Shown here: positions 29,387 through 40,006 of the stretch, piece by piece
How positions within the stretch are numbered: position 1 is the stretch's first letter
How the letters are laid out: each line of letters begins with the position of its first letter
DNA from: Acidimicrobiia bacterium
GTDB taxonomy: Bacteria; Actinomycetota; Acidimicrobiia; Spongiisociales; ZC4RG35
DNA length: 64,000 bases
Direction: 5' to 3'
NCBI GenBank assembly: GCA_040510135.1
Contig: JBEVJN010000077.1
Coordinates: forward strand, 249 to 64,248
Notes under the pieces: model-generated
The model's input: the letters and a program-made list of their open reading frames with translations, nothing else
The model's database searches: none
What the model was told of the DNA's origin: nothing
Program-made: the position numbers and the translations under genes

Positions 29387-30611
29387 GAACCGGCCCGCCG
29401 GTCGCGAGGAATGCCATAGCCACCAAGGCAACGGTTTCGCCGATGAGGAAGGCAAGTGCCACCCGAACGTCGGGGGCACCCCCGAGGAGCAACAGCGCCA
29501 GCACTGCGGACACGAGGCCGGCGATCCAGGCGATGGAGAGTCGCGACGTTCGTCCTTCGGCCACCAGGACCTGACCCGCGATCTGCGCCGTAGCCGCCGC
29601 CGTCACACCAGCGGCGGTGAGAGCAGCCACCGTCGCAGAAGGAGCGAACTCGGGAATGAAGAGAAAGCTGACGACTTCTGGCCCGACCAGCCAGCCAACC
29701 AGCGCACCGATGCCAGCAAGCACCACCCCACCGATCACGACGAGCCGGGCGATCTGGGCCAGGCCCTTGCGGTCCCCGGAAGCGGCCATTCCCACGAGGT
29801 AGGGAAGGACCCTGCCCTGGAGCGAGAAGATCAGGGTGAGCGGAGCTCGGAACAGGGTGAAAGTGGCGAAGACGATGGATTGGATCGCCTCGTCGCCTCC
29901 CAGCAGGGCGACGGCTACCGGGGCAGCGCCGAGCAGGACTTGTGACGCAGCGGTACCGCCGACATAACCACCGAGGAATCGAGTTGGCGGCGCGGCCGGA
30001 GGACGGGTGTGTCCCTGGTCGTAACGCCACCAGCCCATCCCGAGGACCGCGAATCCGCCGAGCACCATCGCCCAACCCAACGATTCCGCCGAAGCGGCGA
30101 GTTGGATGGCGGCGATGCCCGCCGCCAGCCGCACCACGGTCTCGACGATCAGGACCCAACCCACCTTGGCGAAATGGCGTCGGCCGGCGTACACGCCCTT
30201 GCCCACGAAAAGCAATCCGTAGCCGATCATGAGGAGAACGATCTGAATCACATATGCCATGCTCCCGGCAAACAGCCGGTCCGAGGTGAAGAACACGAAC
30301 CCGCCACCGATGACTGCCCCAATCGCAGTCACAGTCATCGCCGGCACCAGGTCGACCGGTATCACTTTCCGGCCCCCGGCCACCTCGCGGGTGATGTATT
30401 GCTCCACAGGGACCAGCAGCACGGTCGCGATGATGAAGAACACCGTCCACAACTGGGCGACCGGTGCGAAGGCTTCGGTGCCGAGCTGGCGGCCTCCGTA
30501 AGCCTGGAAGATGTAGGCGCCGACCGCTCCGATCAGCCCTCCGGCCACCATGAAGGTGGTGCCAGGAGCCCGAAAGCCTCTCGGATGGGCCTCTATCACT
30601 GGGGCGCTCAA
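29349..30611 (-). CDS. Polysaccharide flippase (Wzx/MOP-superfamily, polysaccharide biosynthesis protein)
   Basis: 420 aa with ~12-14 hydrophobic helices and the MOP-family pattern. The alternative overlapping 446-aa ORF (29305..30645) is Arg/Gly-rich nonsense. Confidence 0.75.
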   Translation of the reverse strand: MSAPVIEAHPRGFRAPGTTFMVAGGLIGAVGAYIFQAYGGRQLGTEAFAPVAQLWTVFFIIATVLLVPVEQYITREVAGGRKVIPVDLVPAMTVTAIGAVIGGGFVFFTSDRLFAGSMAYVIQIVLLMIGYGLLFVGKGVYAGRRHFAKVGWVLIVETVVRLAAGIAAIQLAASAESLGWAMVLGGFAVLGMGWWRYDQGHTRPPAAPPTRFLGGYVGGTAASQVLLGAAPVAVALLGGDEAIQSIVFATFTLFRAPLTLIFSLQGRVLPYLVGMAASGDRKGLAQIARLVVIGGVVLAGIGALVGWLVGPEVVSFLFIPEFAPSATVAALTAAGVTAAATAQIAGQVLVAEGRTSRLSIAWIAGLVSAVLALLLLGGAPDVRVALAFLIGETVALVAMAFLATGGPVLKSPISNARPRG

Positions 30612-31891
30612 CGGGCGCCGAACCCGGTGAGGACCGTCCAGACACTCTTCCAGAGCACGCGGAGATCCATCACCGGGGACATGTGCTTGATGTAATAGAG
30701 GTCATAGGTCAGCTTCTCGACGGTGTCAGCTTGATCATCGGCATACCCATAGTTGACCTGAGCCCAACCCGTGATTCCGGGGCGAACCAGATGTCGATGG
30801 GCGTAGAAGGGAATCTGACTGCGAAAGACGTCGGCGAACGGGACCTGCTCGGCACGCGGCCCCACCAGGCTCATCTCGCCCCGAAGCACGTTGAATAGTT
30901 GCGGGATCTCATCGAGTCGCGACTTTCTCAGAAACCTGCCTCCCCGGATGATCCGGTGGTCGCGTTCGCTGGCGAAGCTGGGACCATCCTTCTCGGCGTC
31001 GTGACCCATCGTCCGAAACTTGTACATGATGAAGGGGGCTCCCCCCAGCCCCACCCTCTCCTGCCGGAACAGCACCGGGCCCGAGAATGTCAGCCGGAGA
31101 TAGGCTGCCACGATCACGCTGAGAGTGACCCAGATTGGGGCGGTGATCACCGTGGCAAGCGTCTCAACCGCTCGTTTGCCGGGGAGCCAGGGCGCGACTT
31201 CGAGCAAGGGCGCCGAGATCTCCCACCCCTCGGCCAAATGCACCAGTGGAACTCGGCCGGTGTGCTCCTCATAGGTCGACGTGAACGGCCGGATCGTGTA
31301 GCCCGCCACATCCGATGACGAGAGGAACTGGGCGACACGCTCGGAGAGGACGACTTTCAGGTCCACTGCCATCGTGACATCTCTTTCCGGCAGGTCGGGG
31401 ACACTCTCCGACTTGGGGTCGAGAACCCAGACGACTTCCGCATGGGGCGAGTCGATCAGATCCTCGGCGAGTTGCTTCTCCCCGGTGATGAGCGCGATTC
31501 GCTCGGTCCAGGGCCGTCGGCGTCTCACCATGCGGTGGGCGGTGGCCAGGACCAGCCAGGAGACGGCCGTGACGATCAGGAACCTTCTCGAGAAGTAATC
31601 GCGACTGAACAGGATCAGCAACGCGGTCAGCCCACCAGTGCCGAGGAAGATGGCGAACATCCTGCCGTAGCTGGGACGTGGCACGCCGGGCCCGGACATC
31701 TGTGCGGTGAGCATCGAGAACACGATCATCGACAGTGTCAGGTAGACCACCATCGGTATCGATCGTGTGCCTCCTACGATCGAGTTCCAAGGGAGCACGG
31801 TCCCAAAGACGTAGAAGGATGCGACGACCATGGCCGCGCCCAGCGAAACCAGGTCGCTGAGACTGGAACGGATCAGGAAACGTCTGCGCAC
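30608..31891 (-). CDS. Polyprenyl glycosylphosphotransferase (WbaP/WcaJ-type initiating sugar transferase)
   Basis: N-terminal TM helices and a C-terminal bacterial sugar transferase domain (MYKFRTM...RLDEIPQLFNVLRGEMSLVGPR...PGITGWAQV). Confidence 0.85.
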   Translation of the reverse strand: MRRRFLIRSSLSDLVSLGAAMVVASFYVFGTVLPWNSIVGGTRSIPMVVYLTLSMIVFSMLTAQMSGPGVPRPSYGRMFAIFLGTGGLTALLILFSRDYFSRRFLIVTAVSWLVLATAHRMVRRRRPWTERIALITGEKQLAEDLIDSPHAEVVWVLDPKSESVPDLPERDVTMAVDLKVVLSERVAQFLSSSDVAGYTIRPFTSTYEEHTGRVPLVHLAEGWEISAPLLEVAPWLPGKRAVETLATVITAPIWVTLSVIVAAYLRLTFSGPVLFRQERVGLGGAPFIMYKFRTMGHDAEKDGPSFASERDHRIIRGGRFLRKSRLDEIPQLFNVLRGEMSLVGPRAEQVPFADVFRSQIPFYAHRHLVRPGITGWAQVNYGYADDQADTVEKLTYDLYYIKHMSPVMDLRVLWKSVWTVLTGFGAR

Positions 31892-31918
31892 AGGGAGATG
31901 CTAGGAACTGGCAGCCTT

Positions 31919-33346
31919 TCAGGCTGGCTCGGCCATGGCCCGGGCCAGCTCGACGAGAGTCCGGACCCCGATTCCCGAGGCCCCCTTCACGTGCTCGCCC
32001 GCAGTCTCCCTTGATCGAGCCGGCCCGGCGATGTCGAGATGCGCCCATTTCGCATCCTCGACGTAGCTCGAAAGAAAGAGGGCGGCAGTGATGGCGCCGC
32101 CGTAACGCCCACCTGAGATGTTCTTCAGGTCGGCGATGTCCGATTCGATCGACTTCTTGTACTCCTTGAACAAGGGCAACTCCCAGAAGTGCTCCCCGGC
32201 GCGAGAAGCGGCCGCCAGGACCTGAGAAGCCACCTCTGAATCTGAGCCGAACACGGCGGCGATCTTGTCACCCAGGGCGACATGGGCGGCGCCGGTGAGC
32301 GTCGCCACGTCGATGATCAGGTCGGGCTCGTAACGGCGAACTACTCCCAGACCGTCGGCGAGGATGAGACGTCCCTCGGCGTCGGTGTTGAGCACCTCGA
32401 TCGTGGGCCCTGCGACCGGTCTGAGGACATCGCCGGGTCTCGTCGCCTTGCCGCCCACGGCGTTGTCGGTGAGCGGCACGACCGTGGTGACTCGCACGGG
32501 GAGCCCGAGCCGAGCAATGGCAGTCGTCGCCGCCACGACGACGGCGGCGCCGGACATGTCATCCTTCATCTCCTCCATGTACTGGGCGGTCTTGATCGAA
32601 AGACCGCCGGAGTCGAAGGTGATTCCCTTTCCCACGAGGCCGAGATGAGCCTCGGCCGACTCGGGCTGATATTCGATAACGACGAGTCGCGGCGGACGAT
32701 CCGACCCGGCGGCGACGCCAAGGAGAGCGCCCAGCTTCTCGGCGACGATCCGGTCTTGATCCCATACCTCCACCGTGAGACCTGCAGCTTCTGCCTCTTC
32801 CCTCATCCCCTCGGCAAGTATCTCTGGCGCCTTGTCCAGCGCAGGAGTGTTGACCCAGTTCCGGGCCAGGATGGTGGCCTCGGTTGTGATCAGCGCCTCG
32901 CCGAGCTCTGTCTCGTCGCACTCGATCAGTTCGAGAGTCTCGATCGACAGCGCCTCGCCCTCGGTCTTGTAGACGCGGAATTGGTAGCCACCGAGCGCGG
33001 CGCCCTCGACCACCGCCCTCGTCGCCCCATCGACAGGGATCTTGTCGAGGTTGGTCACCGCTCGCTCAGTCTTCACCACCCGGACCGCATTCCCCATCCC
33101 ACTCCGGATCGTCTCGTAGCTCGCCTCGTCTCCCAATCCCACAAAGACGACTGACTTGGCCTCGGAATGCGGCAGGGTGAGCGTCTGGCCCATCTTCCCT
33201 TCGAACTTGGCCAGATCGAGCAGTGAGGGATCCGCATTGGCGTAGGCCTCCTCGGCGCCAGGGGCAGGCTCGTTCTCGGAAAGCATGCCCACGATCAGAG
33301 TTGCGTCGGTCAGGTCCACGTCGTCGGGTGCGTTGCGTATCTCCAT
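31919..33346 (-). CDS. pepA: Leucyl aminopeptidase (M17)
   Basis: NTDAEGRL signature, metal ligands in VGKGITFDSGG and DMSGAA. Confidence 0.9.
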   Translation of the reverse strand: MEIRNAPDDVDLTDATLIVGMLSENEPAPGAEEAYANADPSLLDLAKFEGKMGQTLTLPHSEAKSVVFVGLGDEASYETIRSGMGNAVRVVKTERAVTNLDKIPVDGATRAVVEGAALGGYQFRVYKTEGEALSIETLELIECDETELGEALITTEATILARNWVNTPALDKAPEILAEGMREEAEAAGLTVEVWDQDRIVAEKLGALLGVAAGSDRPPRLVVIEYQPESAEAHLGLVGKGITFDSGGLSIKTAQYMEEMKDDMSGAAVVVAATTAIARLGLPVRVTTVVPLTDNAVGGKATRPGDVLRPVAGPTIEVLNTDAEGRLILADGLGVVRRYEPDLIIDVATLTGAAHVALGDKIAAVFGSDSEVASQVLAAASRAGEHFWELPLFKEYKKSIESDIADLKNISGGRYGGAITAALFLSSYVEDAKWAHLDIAGPARSRETAGEHVKGASGIGVRTLVELARAMAEPA

Positions 33347-33358
33347 GATGTCTCCTGT

Positions 33359-34045
33359 TCAACTGGCAAACGGGCCCACGCCGGCGACCAGTGCCCGGCC
33401 GAGGAAAATCCCCCCCAGCGTGGTGAGCACCGCCAAATATGACAAACCGGTGGCGGCCATGACTCCGGCGTAGGCCGGGTAACGCAGCGACCCAACCACG
33501 GCCGCCATCAGCGCGACCGAGGTGACCATGAGGACCCAATATGCGATCGTGCCGCCGCCCGCGGGGAGTCCGGCGACGGCCAGTACTGTCGAGTCCAGGG
33601 CAAGCCCGGCTATGCCCACGAAGGCGAGCGTCCTCAAGATCCATCGCGGGAGCCTCGGATCGACCAGATACCAATGCCCGAGAGCCATCTCCCCCGTCAC
33701 GCCCCCGAGGGCAAGGGCGGCCGAGATCGCCGGTGCCCAACCGCCGGCGGAGGCCTGGATCAGCAAGGCCAGCCCGGCAAAGGCCTGGAGGATCCCCGAG
33801 AGCTGGCGGTTTCGCGCAACGATCAATCCGACCACGAGGAGGATGAGGCCGAATCGAGCCCACCAGGGATCCTCGGCGTAGAGACCGACCACTCCGATCA
33901 CTGCTGCGATCGAAGCGACCAGCCAGGTGAAGCCGGGGCCGACCAATCTGGCGAGAGCGACCGATGCCGAGACCAGGGCCAGACCGGCAGCCCACGCCAC
34001 CAACACGAACTCGGGTTGGACCAGTGTGGTCAGGTCGTCGGGCAC
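33359..34045 (-). CDS. Integral membrane protein, unknown function (6-7 TM)
   Basis: Continuous hydrophobic helices with no recognised motif. Confidence 0.45.
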   Translation of the reverse strand: MPDDLTTLVQPEFVLVAWAAGLALVSASVALARLVGPGFTWLVASIAAVIGVVGLYAEDPWWARFGLILLVVGLIVARNRQLSGILQAFAGLALLIQASAGGWAPAISAALALGGVTGEMALGHWYLVDPRLPRWILRTLAFVGIAGLALDSTVLAVAGLPAGGGTIAYWVLMVTSVALMAAVVGSLRYPAYAGVMAATGLSYLAVLTTLGGIFLGRALVAGVGPFAS

Positions 34046-34159
34046 GGGCCGGGATCATATGGCGGCGCTCGTCGGGCGGTGGCCGACGAGGCTGCCACTC
34101 GAAATCCACGGATTGGGGAGCACACGGGCGTCTAGCGCCACTGCCATAATCGCCCGAAG

Positions 34160-35080
34160 ATGCCAGATGAGGCCCCCACCCCGGACAGTGTCGCCGTCTC
34201 GATCATCCTCCCGGTCTACAACGAGCTCGGCCACCTGGAAGAAGAGATCGAACGCATTCGCAAAACGATGGACGAATCCGACTACAGCTACGAGCTGGTA
34301 GTGGTCGACGACGGTTCGACCGACGGTTCAGGCCAGCGACTGAAGGAGATCGAGGGAATCCGTCTCCTACGCTTCGCCACCAACCGCGGCAGCGGGTCGG
34401 CGCGCAAGTACGGCACCCAGGCCTCGGAGGGGTCGATCATTGTCTGGACCGATGTCGACATGACCTATCCCAACGACACGATTCCCGACCTCCTCGACCA
34501 GCTCGACGGATACGACCAGGTCGTCGGAGCCCGCACCAGCGAGGAGGGGACCTTGAAGCTGCTTCGCGGGCCGGCAAAATGGCTGATACGGAAGCTGGCC
34601 TCGTACCTCACCGGGGTGCGGATTCCGGACCTGAACTCTGGGTTCCGCGCTTTTCGTCGTGAGGTCGCACTTCAGTTCCTCCACCTGCTCCCCCGGGGGT
34701 TCTCTTGCGTGACCACCATCACGATGGCGTTCCTCTCCAATGGCTACTCGGTGCGATACGTTCCGATCGACTACGCGCCACGCGCAGGGGAATCGAAGTT
34801 CCATTGGTGGAAGGACACCAAGCGGTACCTGCTCCAGGTGCTGCGTCTCACCTTGATGTGGGAGCCAATGCGGATCTTCGGCCCTCCCTCCGCGCTCCTC
34901 GGCATCGTCGGCGTCGCCAAGTTGGTCTACGACCTCATCGACAAGGACTTCAGGGTCGCCACCAACACCATCGTGATCCTGGGTGTCGCCTTTGCTCTGG
35001 CCCTGATAGGAATGGTGGCCGACATGCTGGTCCAGTTGAACAAGCGGCCGCATGACGTGATGCCGGCAACCATCGAGTGA
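34160..35080 (+). CDS. GT2 polyprenol-phosphate sugar synthase (GtrB/DPM1-like with C-terminal TM anchor)
   Basis: VSIILPVYNE...VVVDDGSTDGS...DVDMTYP GT-A DxD fold plus two C-terminal TM helices (IFGPPSALLGIVGVAKLVY / IVILGVAFALALIGMV). Confidence 0.8.
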   Translation: MPDEAPTPDSVAVSIILPVYNELGHLEEEIERIRKTMDESDYSYELVVVDDGSTDGSGQRLKEIEGIRLLRFATNRGSGSARKYGTQASEGSIIVWTDVDMTYPNDTIPDLLDQLDGYDQVVGARTSEEGTLKLLRGPAKWLIRKLASYLTGVRIPDLNSGFRAFRREVALQFLHLLPRGFSCVTTITMAFLSNGYSVRYVPIDYAPRAGESKFHWWKDTKRYLLQVLRLTLMWEPMRIFGPPSALLGIVGVAKLVYDLIDKDFRVATNTIVILGVAFALALIGMVADMLVQLNKRPHDVMPATIE

Positions 35081-35832
35081 CCGACCAGCAACAGGCCCGT
35101 CCGCCCGCCCTCAGCCCGAGTGCTTCGCTGCGTCTACCTTTGATCGAGCGTTGGCTCGCCCTCATCGCCCCCTCCTCGGTACTCGAGGCGGGAAGCGGGA
35201 TGGGGGCGATGGCGTGGAGATTCGCCAGTCGGTTCGACTACCGGGGCTACGAGCCCGACCCAACGTCCTACGCCGAAGCGGCAACGCGTCTGGCACGTCT
35301 GGGAAAGGGGGAAGTACGCAACGAGCCCGTGCCCGACCAACCCGACCGCAGCTTTGATCTGCTGGCCGCCTTCGAGGTGCTCGAACACATCGAGGATGAT
35401 CGGGGAACCCTGCGTAGCTGGGTTCGGTGGTTGACCCCTGGCGGTCACGTCCTCATCAGCGTCCCGGCCCATCCCGACCGCTTCGGGCCGTGCGATGAGA
35501 TGGCCGGGCATTGCCGCCGATATGAGCGAGACAGCTTGGCCTCGGTGCTTCGATCGTCCGGGCTCGAGCCACTCTCGATCGAATCATGGGGCATGCCACT
35601 CGGGTACCTGCTGGAGGCAGGGCGGAACGTCCTGGCCCGACGCCGGCTCGACAAGGACGTCGGCACGGCAGGGAGCGGACGGTTCTTCCAACCACCGGCC
35701 ACTCTGGGGCGGACAGTGGAGTTGGCGCTTCGTCCCGCGGCATTCGCCCAGAGGCCGTTCCACGACACCGAGATGGGCATCGGATACGTCGCGGTCGGCC
35801 GTCTCGCAGACGCCCGAACCGAGGATGAATGA
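35077..35832 (+). CDS. Class I SAM-dependent methyltransferase
   Basis: VLEAGSGMGAMA glycine-rich SAM motif I, an acidic motif II and a post-I LTPGGHVLISVP. It overlaps its neighbours by 4 nt on both sides. Confidence 0.7.
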   Translation: MTDQQQARPPALSPSASLRLPLIERWLALIAPSSVLEAGSGMGAMAWRFASRFDYRGYEPDPTSYAEAATRLARLGKGEVRNEPVPDQPDRSFDLLAAFEVLEHIEDDRGTLRSWVRWLTPGGHVLISVPAHPDRFGPCDEMAGHCRRYERDSLASVLRSSGLEPLSIESWGMPLGYLLEAGRNVLARRRLDKDVGTAGSGRFFQPPATLGRTVELALRPAAFAQRPFHDTEMGIGYVAVGRLADARTEDE

Positions 35833-36953
35833 GAGTCCTCTGGACAGGCACATTCGATCCTGAGTTCTCCCGCAACAAGAAGCTGGCTCGACTCATGAAT
35901 CTCTCCGCGGTCCACTGGCGTGTCATCCGGGAGAACGTATGGGCGTCCGACCGGGTGGCGCTGGCCTCGCGGCCGAGCCTCACAGTGGCGCTGAGAGCTC
36001 TCATCGCCTATCCGAAACTGTTGGTTCGACTTCTGATGGCACCGGCACCCGACGTGTACCTGGTTTCCTACCCGGGTTGGTTCGACGTGCCGGTCGTTCG
36101 CCTCGTCGCATCGGTGAGGAGAAGGCCGCTGGTGTTCGACCCGTTTCTGTCCCTCTTCGACACGATGATCTCGGACCGCGGGCTTCGCAGCGCCACTTCC
36201 TTGGTCGGGCGTCTGGCCGCCGCGATCGATCGGTGGTCGTTGCGGCTCGCCGACGTGGTGATTGCCGACACCGAGCCTCAGCTCGCCTTCTATCGGAGGA
36301 TCGCCGGCCGACTCCGGGGCGAAGGATCGGTGATCGCGGTGGGAGCTGACGATGAGTTGTTCGGACCGCGCCCCGACGTGAAGCCAGAGGCGGGTGTCGT
36401 GCTGTATTACGGCAACTTCATACCCCTCCACGGCGCCACCACCATCGTCGAGGCGGCGGCTCTTCTCGAGCCGAACGGGGTCAAGCTGGTCTTGATTGGC
36501 GATGGTCCGGATCGTGACGTCGTCGAGCAAGCGATCGCTCGCACCGGCGTCTCGGTCGAGCGGCACGGGATCATCCCCCTCCGAGAGCTCCCGGCACAGG
36601 TGGCCCGGGCCACGGTGTGTCTCGGCGTTTTCGGCGGCTCGCAGAAGGCCGGTCGCGTCATCCCCCACAAGGTCTATGAGGCACTCGCCATGCGTAAGCC
36701 AGTGGTGACCCGGGAAGGCGCCGCCGTCAGCGCAGCTTTCCCAAATGGCGGGCTAGTGACGGTGCCCCCAGAGGATGCGCACGCCCTGGCCGACGCCGTG
36801 CTCGCCCTGATCGAGGATCCGTCCCGCCGAGAGCAGGTAGCCACCGTCGGGCACGAGTCATATCGAGATCGTTTTCAGGAGCGAGCGCTGGCCGCGGACC
36901 TATTCGTCGTCCTCGAGTCCAGCGTCGAGAGCGGGCGCCCTGTCGGTCCCTGA
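35829..36953 (+). CDS. GT4-family (GT-B) glycosyltransferase
   Basis: C-terminal Glycos_transf_1-like region (VVLYYGNFIPLHG...KLVLIGDGPDRD...KVYEALAMRKPVV) with the EX7E-type motif. Confidence 0.75.
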   Translation: MRVLWTGTFDPEFSRNKKLARLMNLSAVHWRVIRENVWASDRVALASRPSLTVALRALIAYPKLLVRLLMAPAPDVYLVSYPGWFDVPVVRLVASVRRRPLVFDPFLSLFDTMISDRGLRSATSLVGRLAAAIDRWSLRLADVVIADTEPQLAFYRRIAGRLRGEGSVIAVGADDELFGPRPDVKPEAGVVLYYGNFIPLHGATTIVEAAALLEPNGVKLVLIGDGPDRDVVEQAIARTGVSVERHGIIPLRELPAQVARATVCLGVFGGSQKAGRVIPHKVYEALAMRKPVVTREGAAVSAAFPNGGLVTVPPEDAHALADAVLALIEDPSRREQVATVGHESYRDRFQERALAADLFVVLESSVESGRPVGP

Positions 36954-37913
36954 GACGATTTCCCCTCCCGATCGCCCGGGTCTCACGAACGCATAGACGA
37001 TCCCGGCCGCCGCGAGCTCAGCGACGGTGATCCACAACCGGGAAGCGACCGAAACCACCAAGGCGACCGAAGTAGGCATGATCTGGTTGAGAAAGATGGC
37101 CAGGATGCCCTCGCGCACGCCGAGCCCGGAGGGGGCGAACAAAGCGAGGATCCCGATGACGCTCGACAGCGAGAAGGCTCCCGACAGATAGAGGATCGAC
37201 GAGAGCTCGAGGGAGTAGAACGAGCGAATGAAAACGTACAGAGCCACGCCGAACAGCAGCCAATTCACGAAGTAGAGAAAGACGTAGCCAAGAACCTGGC
37301 GGTAGCTCAGATCGATCTGGAATGGTTGTCGGCGCAGGGCTCTAGCCGCGAGTTTGATCGCCCAGCCCATGAACCGAGGGTGAAGCGCGATCAGAAAGGC
37401 GACGAGCGCTATCAACAGCAGCCACCGATAATCGTCGAGGGCCGGGACGTCCGACGTGAGGGCAGCGAGGAGGACGGTGAGCACCGCGGCGGCGAGATTC
37501 CCTACGAACTCCACCCCGAATGCGACGGTGATCGGTCCGGCGCCGCGTCCCTCGCGTGTGTACAGATGCACCCGGCCCAGATACAGAAACACTTTCCCCG
37601 GCACGTACTTGCCGAGCTGCGAGTAGAACCAGGCGGCCATCGCCTTCGGCAGCGGGATGTGGGCGCCGTTGCTCACTGTCAGGAGATGCCAGATGGTGGC
37701 CTGCGCCACCATCCACAATCCGAGCAGGACGAAGGACCCGAGCAGGAGCCAGATGTCGAAATGGAGGTCTGCTGCGGCCAACTGGTCCCAGTTGCGAACC
37801 AGGCTCCGCGCGATGAAAAAGAAGATGGCGCCGACCGCCAGCCATCCGACGACTGACCGGAGCCGACTCGGGCGCTCCCCCGTGCCGCCAGGCGCGCGAG
37901 GGGACTCGTTCAA
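36900..37913 (-). CDS. UPF0104/MprF-TM-like flippase-domain membrane protein
   Basis: Eight hydrophobic helices with the motif pattern of lysylphosphatidylglycerol synthase TM region family proteins (YSQLGKYVPGKV...APSGLGVREG). Confidence 0.65.
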   Translation of the reverse strand: MNESPRAPGGTGERPSRLRSVVGWLAVGAIFFFIARSLVRNWDQLAAADLHFDIWLLLGSFVLLGLWMVAQATIWHLLTVSNGAHIPLPKAMAAWFYSQLGKYVPGKVFLYLGRVHLYTREGRGAGPITVAFGVEFVGNLAAAVLTVLLAALTSDVPALDDYRWLLLIALVAFLIALHPRFMGWAIKLAARALRRQPFQIDLSYRQVLGYVFLYFVNWLLFGVALYVFIRSFYSLELSSILYLSGAFSLSSVIGILALFAPSGLGVREGILAIFLNQIMPTSVALVVSVASRLWITVAELAAAGIVYAFVRPGRSGGEIVSGTDRAPALDAGLEDDE

Positions 37914-38035
37914 GCGGAGGTGTCCGCGGAGGTCATATCGGTGTACGACGTTAGGTGCGATTCCGCAGGCCGCCGGTCAATGCCGGGCCCTCGAGGGGAT
38001 CTGTCGAAGCCACTGATGGGCGGTAACGTCCCGGC

Positions 38036-38554
38036 GTGCCGAAGCCGGATCATCCAAGGGCGTGGCGCCAGCGCCTCGGCACGGTATATACCCGATACCT
38101 CCCCGCTGCACTTGGCCTGACCGCCGTCGTCAATCTTGCCCTAACGCCATTTCTGCCCGGGTCGGCCGCCCCGATACGAACTCATCGGGACGGGTCACTG
38201 ACCGAGCTGGTTCACACCGAGCAACGAGCCGTGGATCGGCGATTCGGGTTCTATATGGAGCTCGACGACGCCACCAACGGCGGGACCTTGATCGTCCCGA
38301 TGGGATCGTTCGTCAACGCCGAGCTGGCCGAAGGCTTTGCCAGCTTCGACGTCGTCGAGTTGGACTACGACCCGGCAGCGGGGGCGACCGGTGTGCCCGA
38401 GGTCCCTGAACAATGGCTGGTCGAGACCGAGTCGGGTGATCTCGTCTTTTCGATCATCCCCGGGAACGACGACCTGTGGTGGCTCGCCGAGCGACCCAAC
38501 GGCGATGTCGTGGTCGTCCCTGATTCTGTCGCGCCGGCCCCGGTGTCACCGTGA
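38036..38554 (+). CDS. Hypothetical membrane-anchored protein
   Basis: One N-terminal TM (YLPAALGLTAVVNLALTPFL) and an acidic C-terminal domain. No family recognised. Confidence 0.35.
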   Translation: MPKPDHPRAWRQRLGTVYTRYLPAALGLTAVVNLALTPFLPGSAAPIRTHRDGSLTELVHTEQRAVDRRFGFYMELDDATNGGTLIVPMGSFVNAELAEGFASFDVVELDYDPAAGATGVPEVPEQWLVETESGDLVFSIIPGNDDLWWLAERPNGDVVVVPDSVAPAPVSP

Positions 38555-39993
38555 TATCCGAGATCGCCATAGCCGTGGGCCTGACAATTGCTGGCAGCGT
38601 TCTGCTCACCGCGGTGCGTCGAGACGTGACGGCAGCCGCGAGATGCTGGCTGTCGTTGCCGGTCGGGGCGGCGGCGTACCTGATCGCGGCTGTGGTGTCC
38701 CTGGTCCTGGTCGGGACCCTCGACCCTGCCATGACACTCCTCACCGTCCTCGGGCTGGGGTTGGTGGTGGCGGCGGTGTCCATCATCAGGGACGGAATCA
38801 GGCGGGACGACGTGCTTTGGATGCTCGTGGGCGTTGGGATCGCCGTCGTGACCGCCCTCGCCGCAAGGCAGTGGCACCTCACCCGGCTGACGCCTGACTC
38901 GCTGCGGTACGTGCTGGCATCCAACGATCTGGTGCTAGCCGAAGGCTTGCGGGAGATGAATGCAACCGATCTGGTGACCCGCCAGATCGGCCTGCCCGCG
39001 CTGCAAAGTCTCTCTGACATGGTTGGCCGGGATTACCTGGCCGCTCTAGGTCCCCTGTTCGGAGTGTTCGGGCTCGGGTTGTTCGCCTGGCTGGCTTTGG
39101 AGGTGACCCGGGGCGCCCTGGGCCGCCGGAACCGTCTGATCCTGGTCGGGACCGCGATCCTGTTCCTCTTGTCGTCGAACCGCCTCGTCTATGACTCGTT
39201 CTACATCAACACCCACATCCAAATGGCCTCGTACCTGTTGATCGCGGTAGCCGGCATTTGGCTCGCAGTGTCGCGAGGGCTGTCACTATGGGCGATCCCC
39301 TCCGGTCTCGCCCTCGCAGTGACTCTCGTGTTCCGTCCCGAGGCTCCACTGGTCGTTGCCATCGTCTTGGTGACCGTTGCGGCGAGCAGGGCAAACATGT
39401 CGATCCGGCTTGACGTGATCGTCCCGACTGTCGCAGTCGGCATCCTGTGGTACGGACTCGGCCTGTGGCGCTATGCGGCCGGTGGCAATGAGATCTCGCC
39501 GACCGCTCCCGTCTTCGGAAGTCTTGTTGCCATCGCTGTCGCCGTCGTCCTATGTCTCGCCGGTGGTGCCGGCCGCGTACGACCCTGGGCGCGCTGGCTG
39601 GACCTGGCCGGGGTCGCCGGCCTCGCCCTGCTGCTCGCCTTCTATGTGGCCACGGATCCGACCGTCTTCAGCATGTCCGTCGAAGCCACTGCTCGCAACC
39701 TGGTCCGAGACGGCTTCTGGTTGCTGACCTGGGTGGCGGCGATCGCTCTCCTGGTTGTCGCGTTGATCGTTCAAGTCATCCCCGACGCTCGCGTCTGGAC
39801 GGTCCCGATCATTGGGTTCGCCCTGCTCTATTGGGCGCTCCCGTATGTGCGTGAAGGAGCATGGCGGGTGGGGGCCGGTGATTCCGGCAACCGGATACTT
39901 GCCCACTACCTGGCGGTCTCGCTGATCTTCCTCGTCCTGGCCGCGGTGCACAACAGGGGTGTTGCCTCCGCGGACCGGGTTGAAAGCGTGTGA
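38551..39993 (+). CDS. Polytopic membrane protein (~12 TM), candidate Wzy-type polymerase/O-antigen ligase-like
   Basis: 480 aa, entirely TM helices with one larger loop. It is coupled by a 4-nt overlap to the upstream ORF and sits inside a Wzx/WbaP/GT cluster. The assignment is an inference. Confidence 0.4.
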   Translation: MISEIAIAVGLTIAGSVLLTAVRRDVTAAARCWLSLPVGAAAYLIAAVVSLVLVGTLDPAMTLLTVLGLGLVVAAVSIIRDGIRRDDVLWMLVGVGIAVVTALAARQWHLTRLTPDSLRYVLASNDLVLAEGLREMNATDLVTRQIGLPALQSLSDMVGRDYLAALGPLFGVFGLGLFAWLALEVTRGALGRRNRLILVGTAILFLLSSNRLVYDSFYINTHIQMASYLLIAVAGIWLAVSRGLSLWAIPSGLALAVTLVFRPEAPLVVAIVLVTVAASRANMSIRLDVIVPTVAVGILWYGLGLWRYAAGGNEISPTAPVFGSLVAIAVAVVLCLAGGAGRVRPWARWLDLAGVAGLALLLAFYVATDPTVFSMSVEATARNLVRDGFWLLTWVAAIALLVVALIVQVIPDARVWTVPIIGFALLYWALPYVREGAWRVGAGDSGNRILAHYLAVSLIFLVLAAVHNRGVASADRVESV

Positions 39994-40006
39994 GAATCCG
40001 GGCGTG

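Noticed and set aside
29305-30645. 446-aa minus-strand ORF overlapping the wzx-like gene in another frame
   Set aside because: Arg/Gly/Pro-rich low-complexity translation. The alternative frame (29349..30611) gives a coherent 12-TM flippase.
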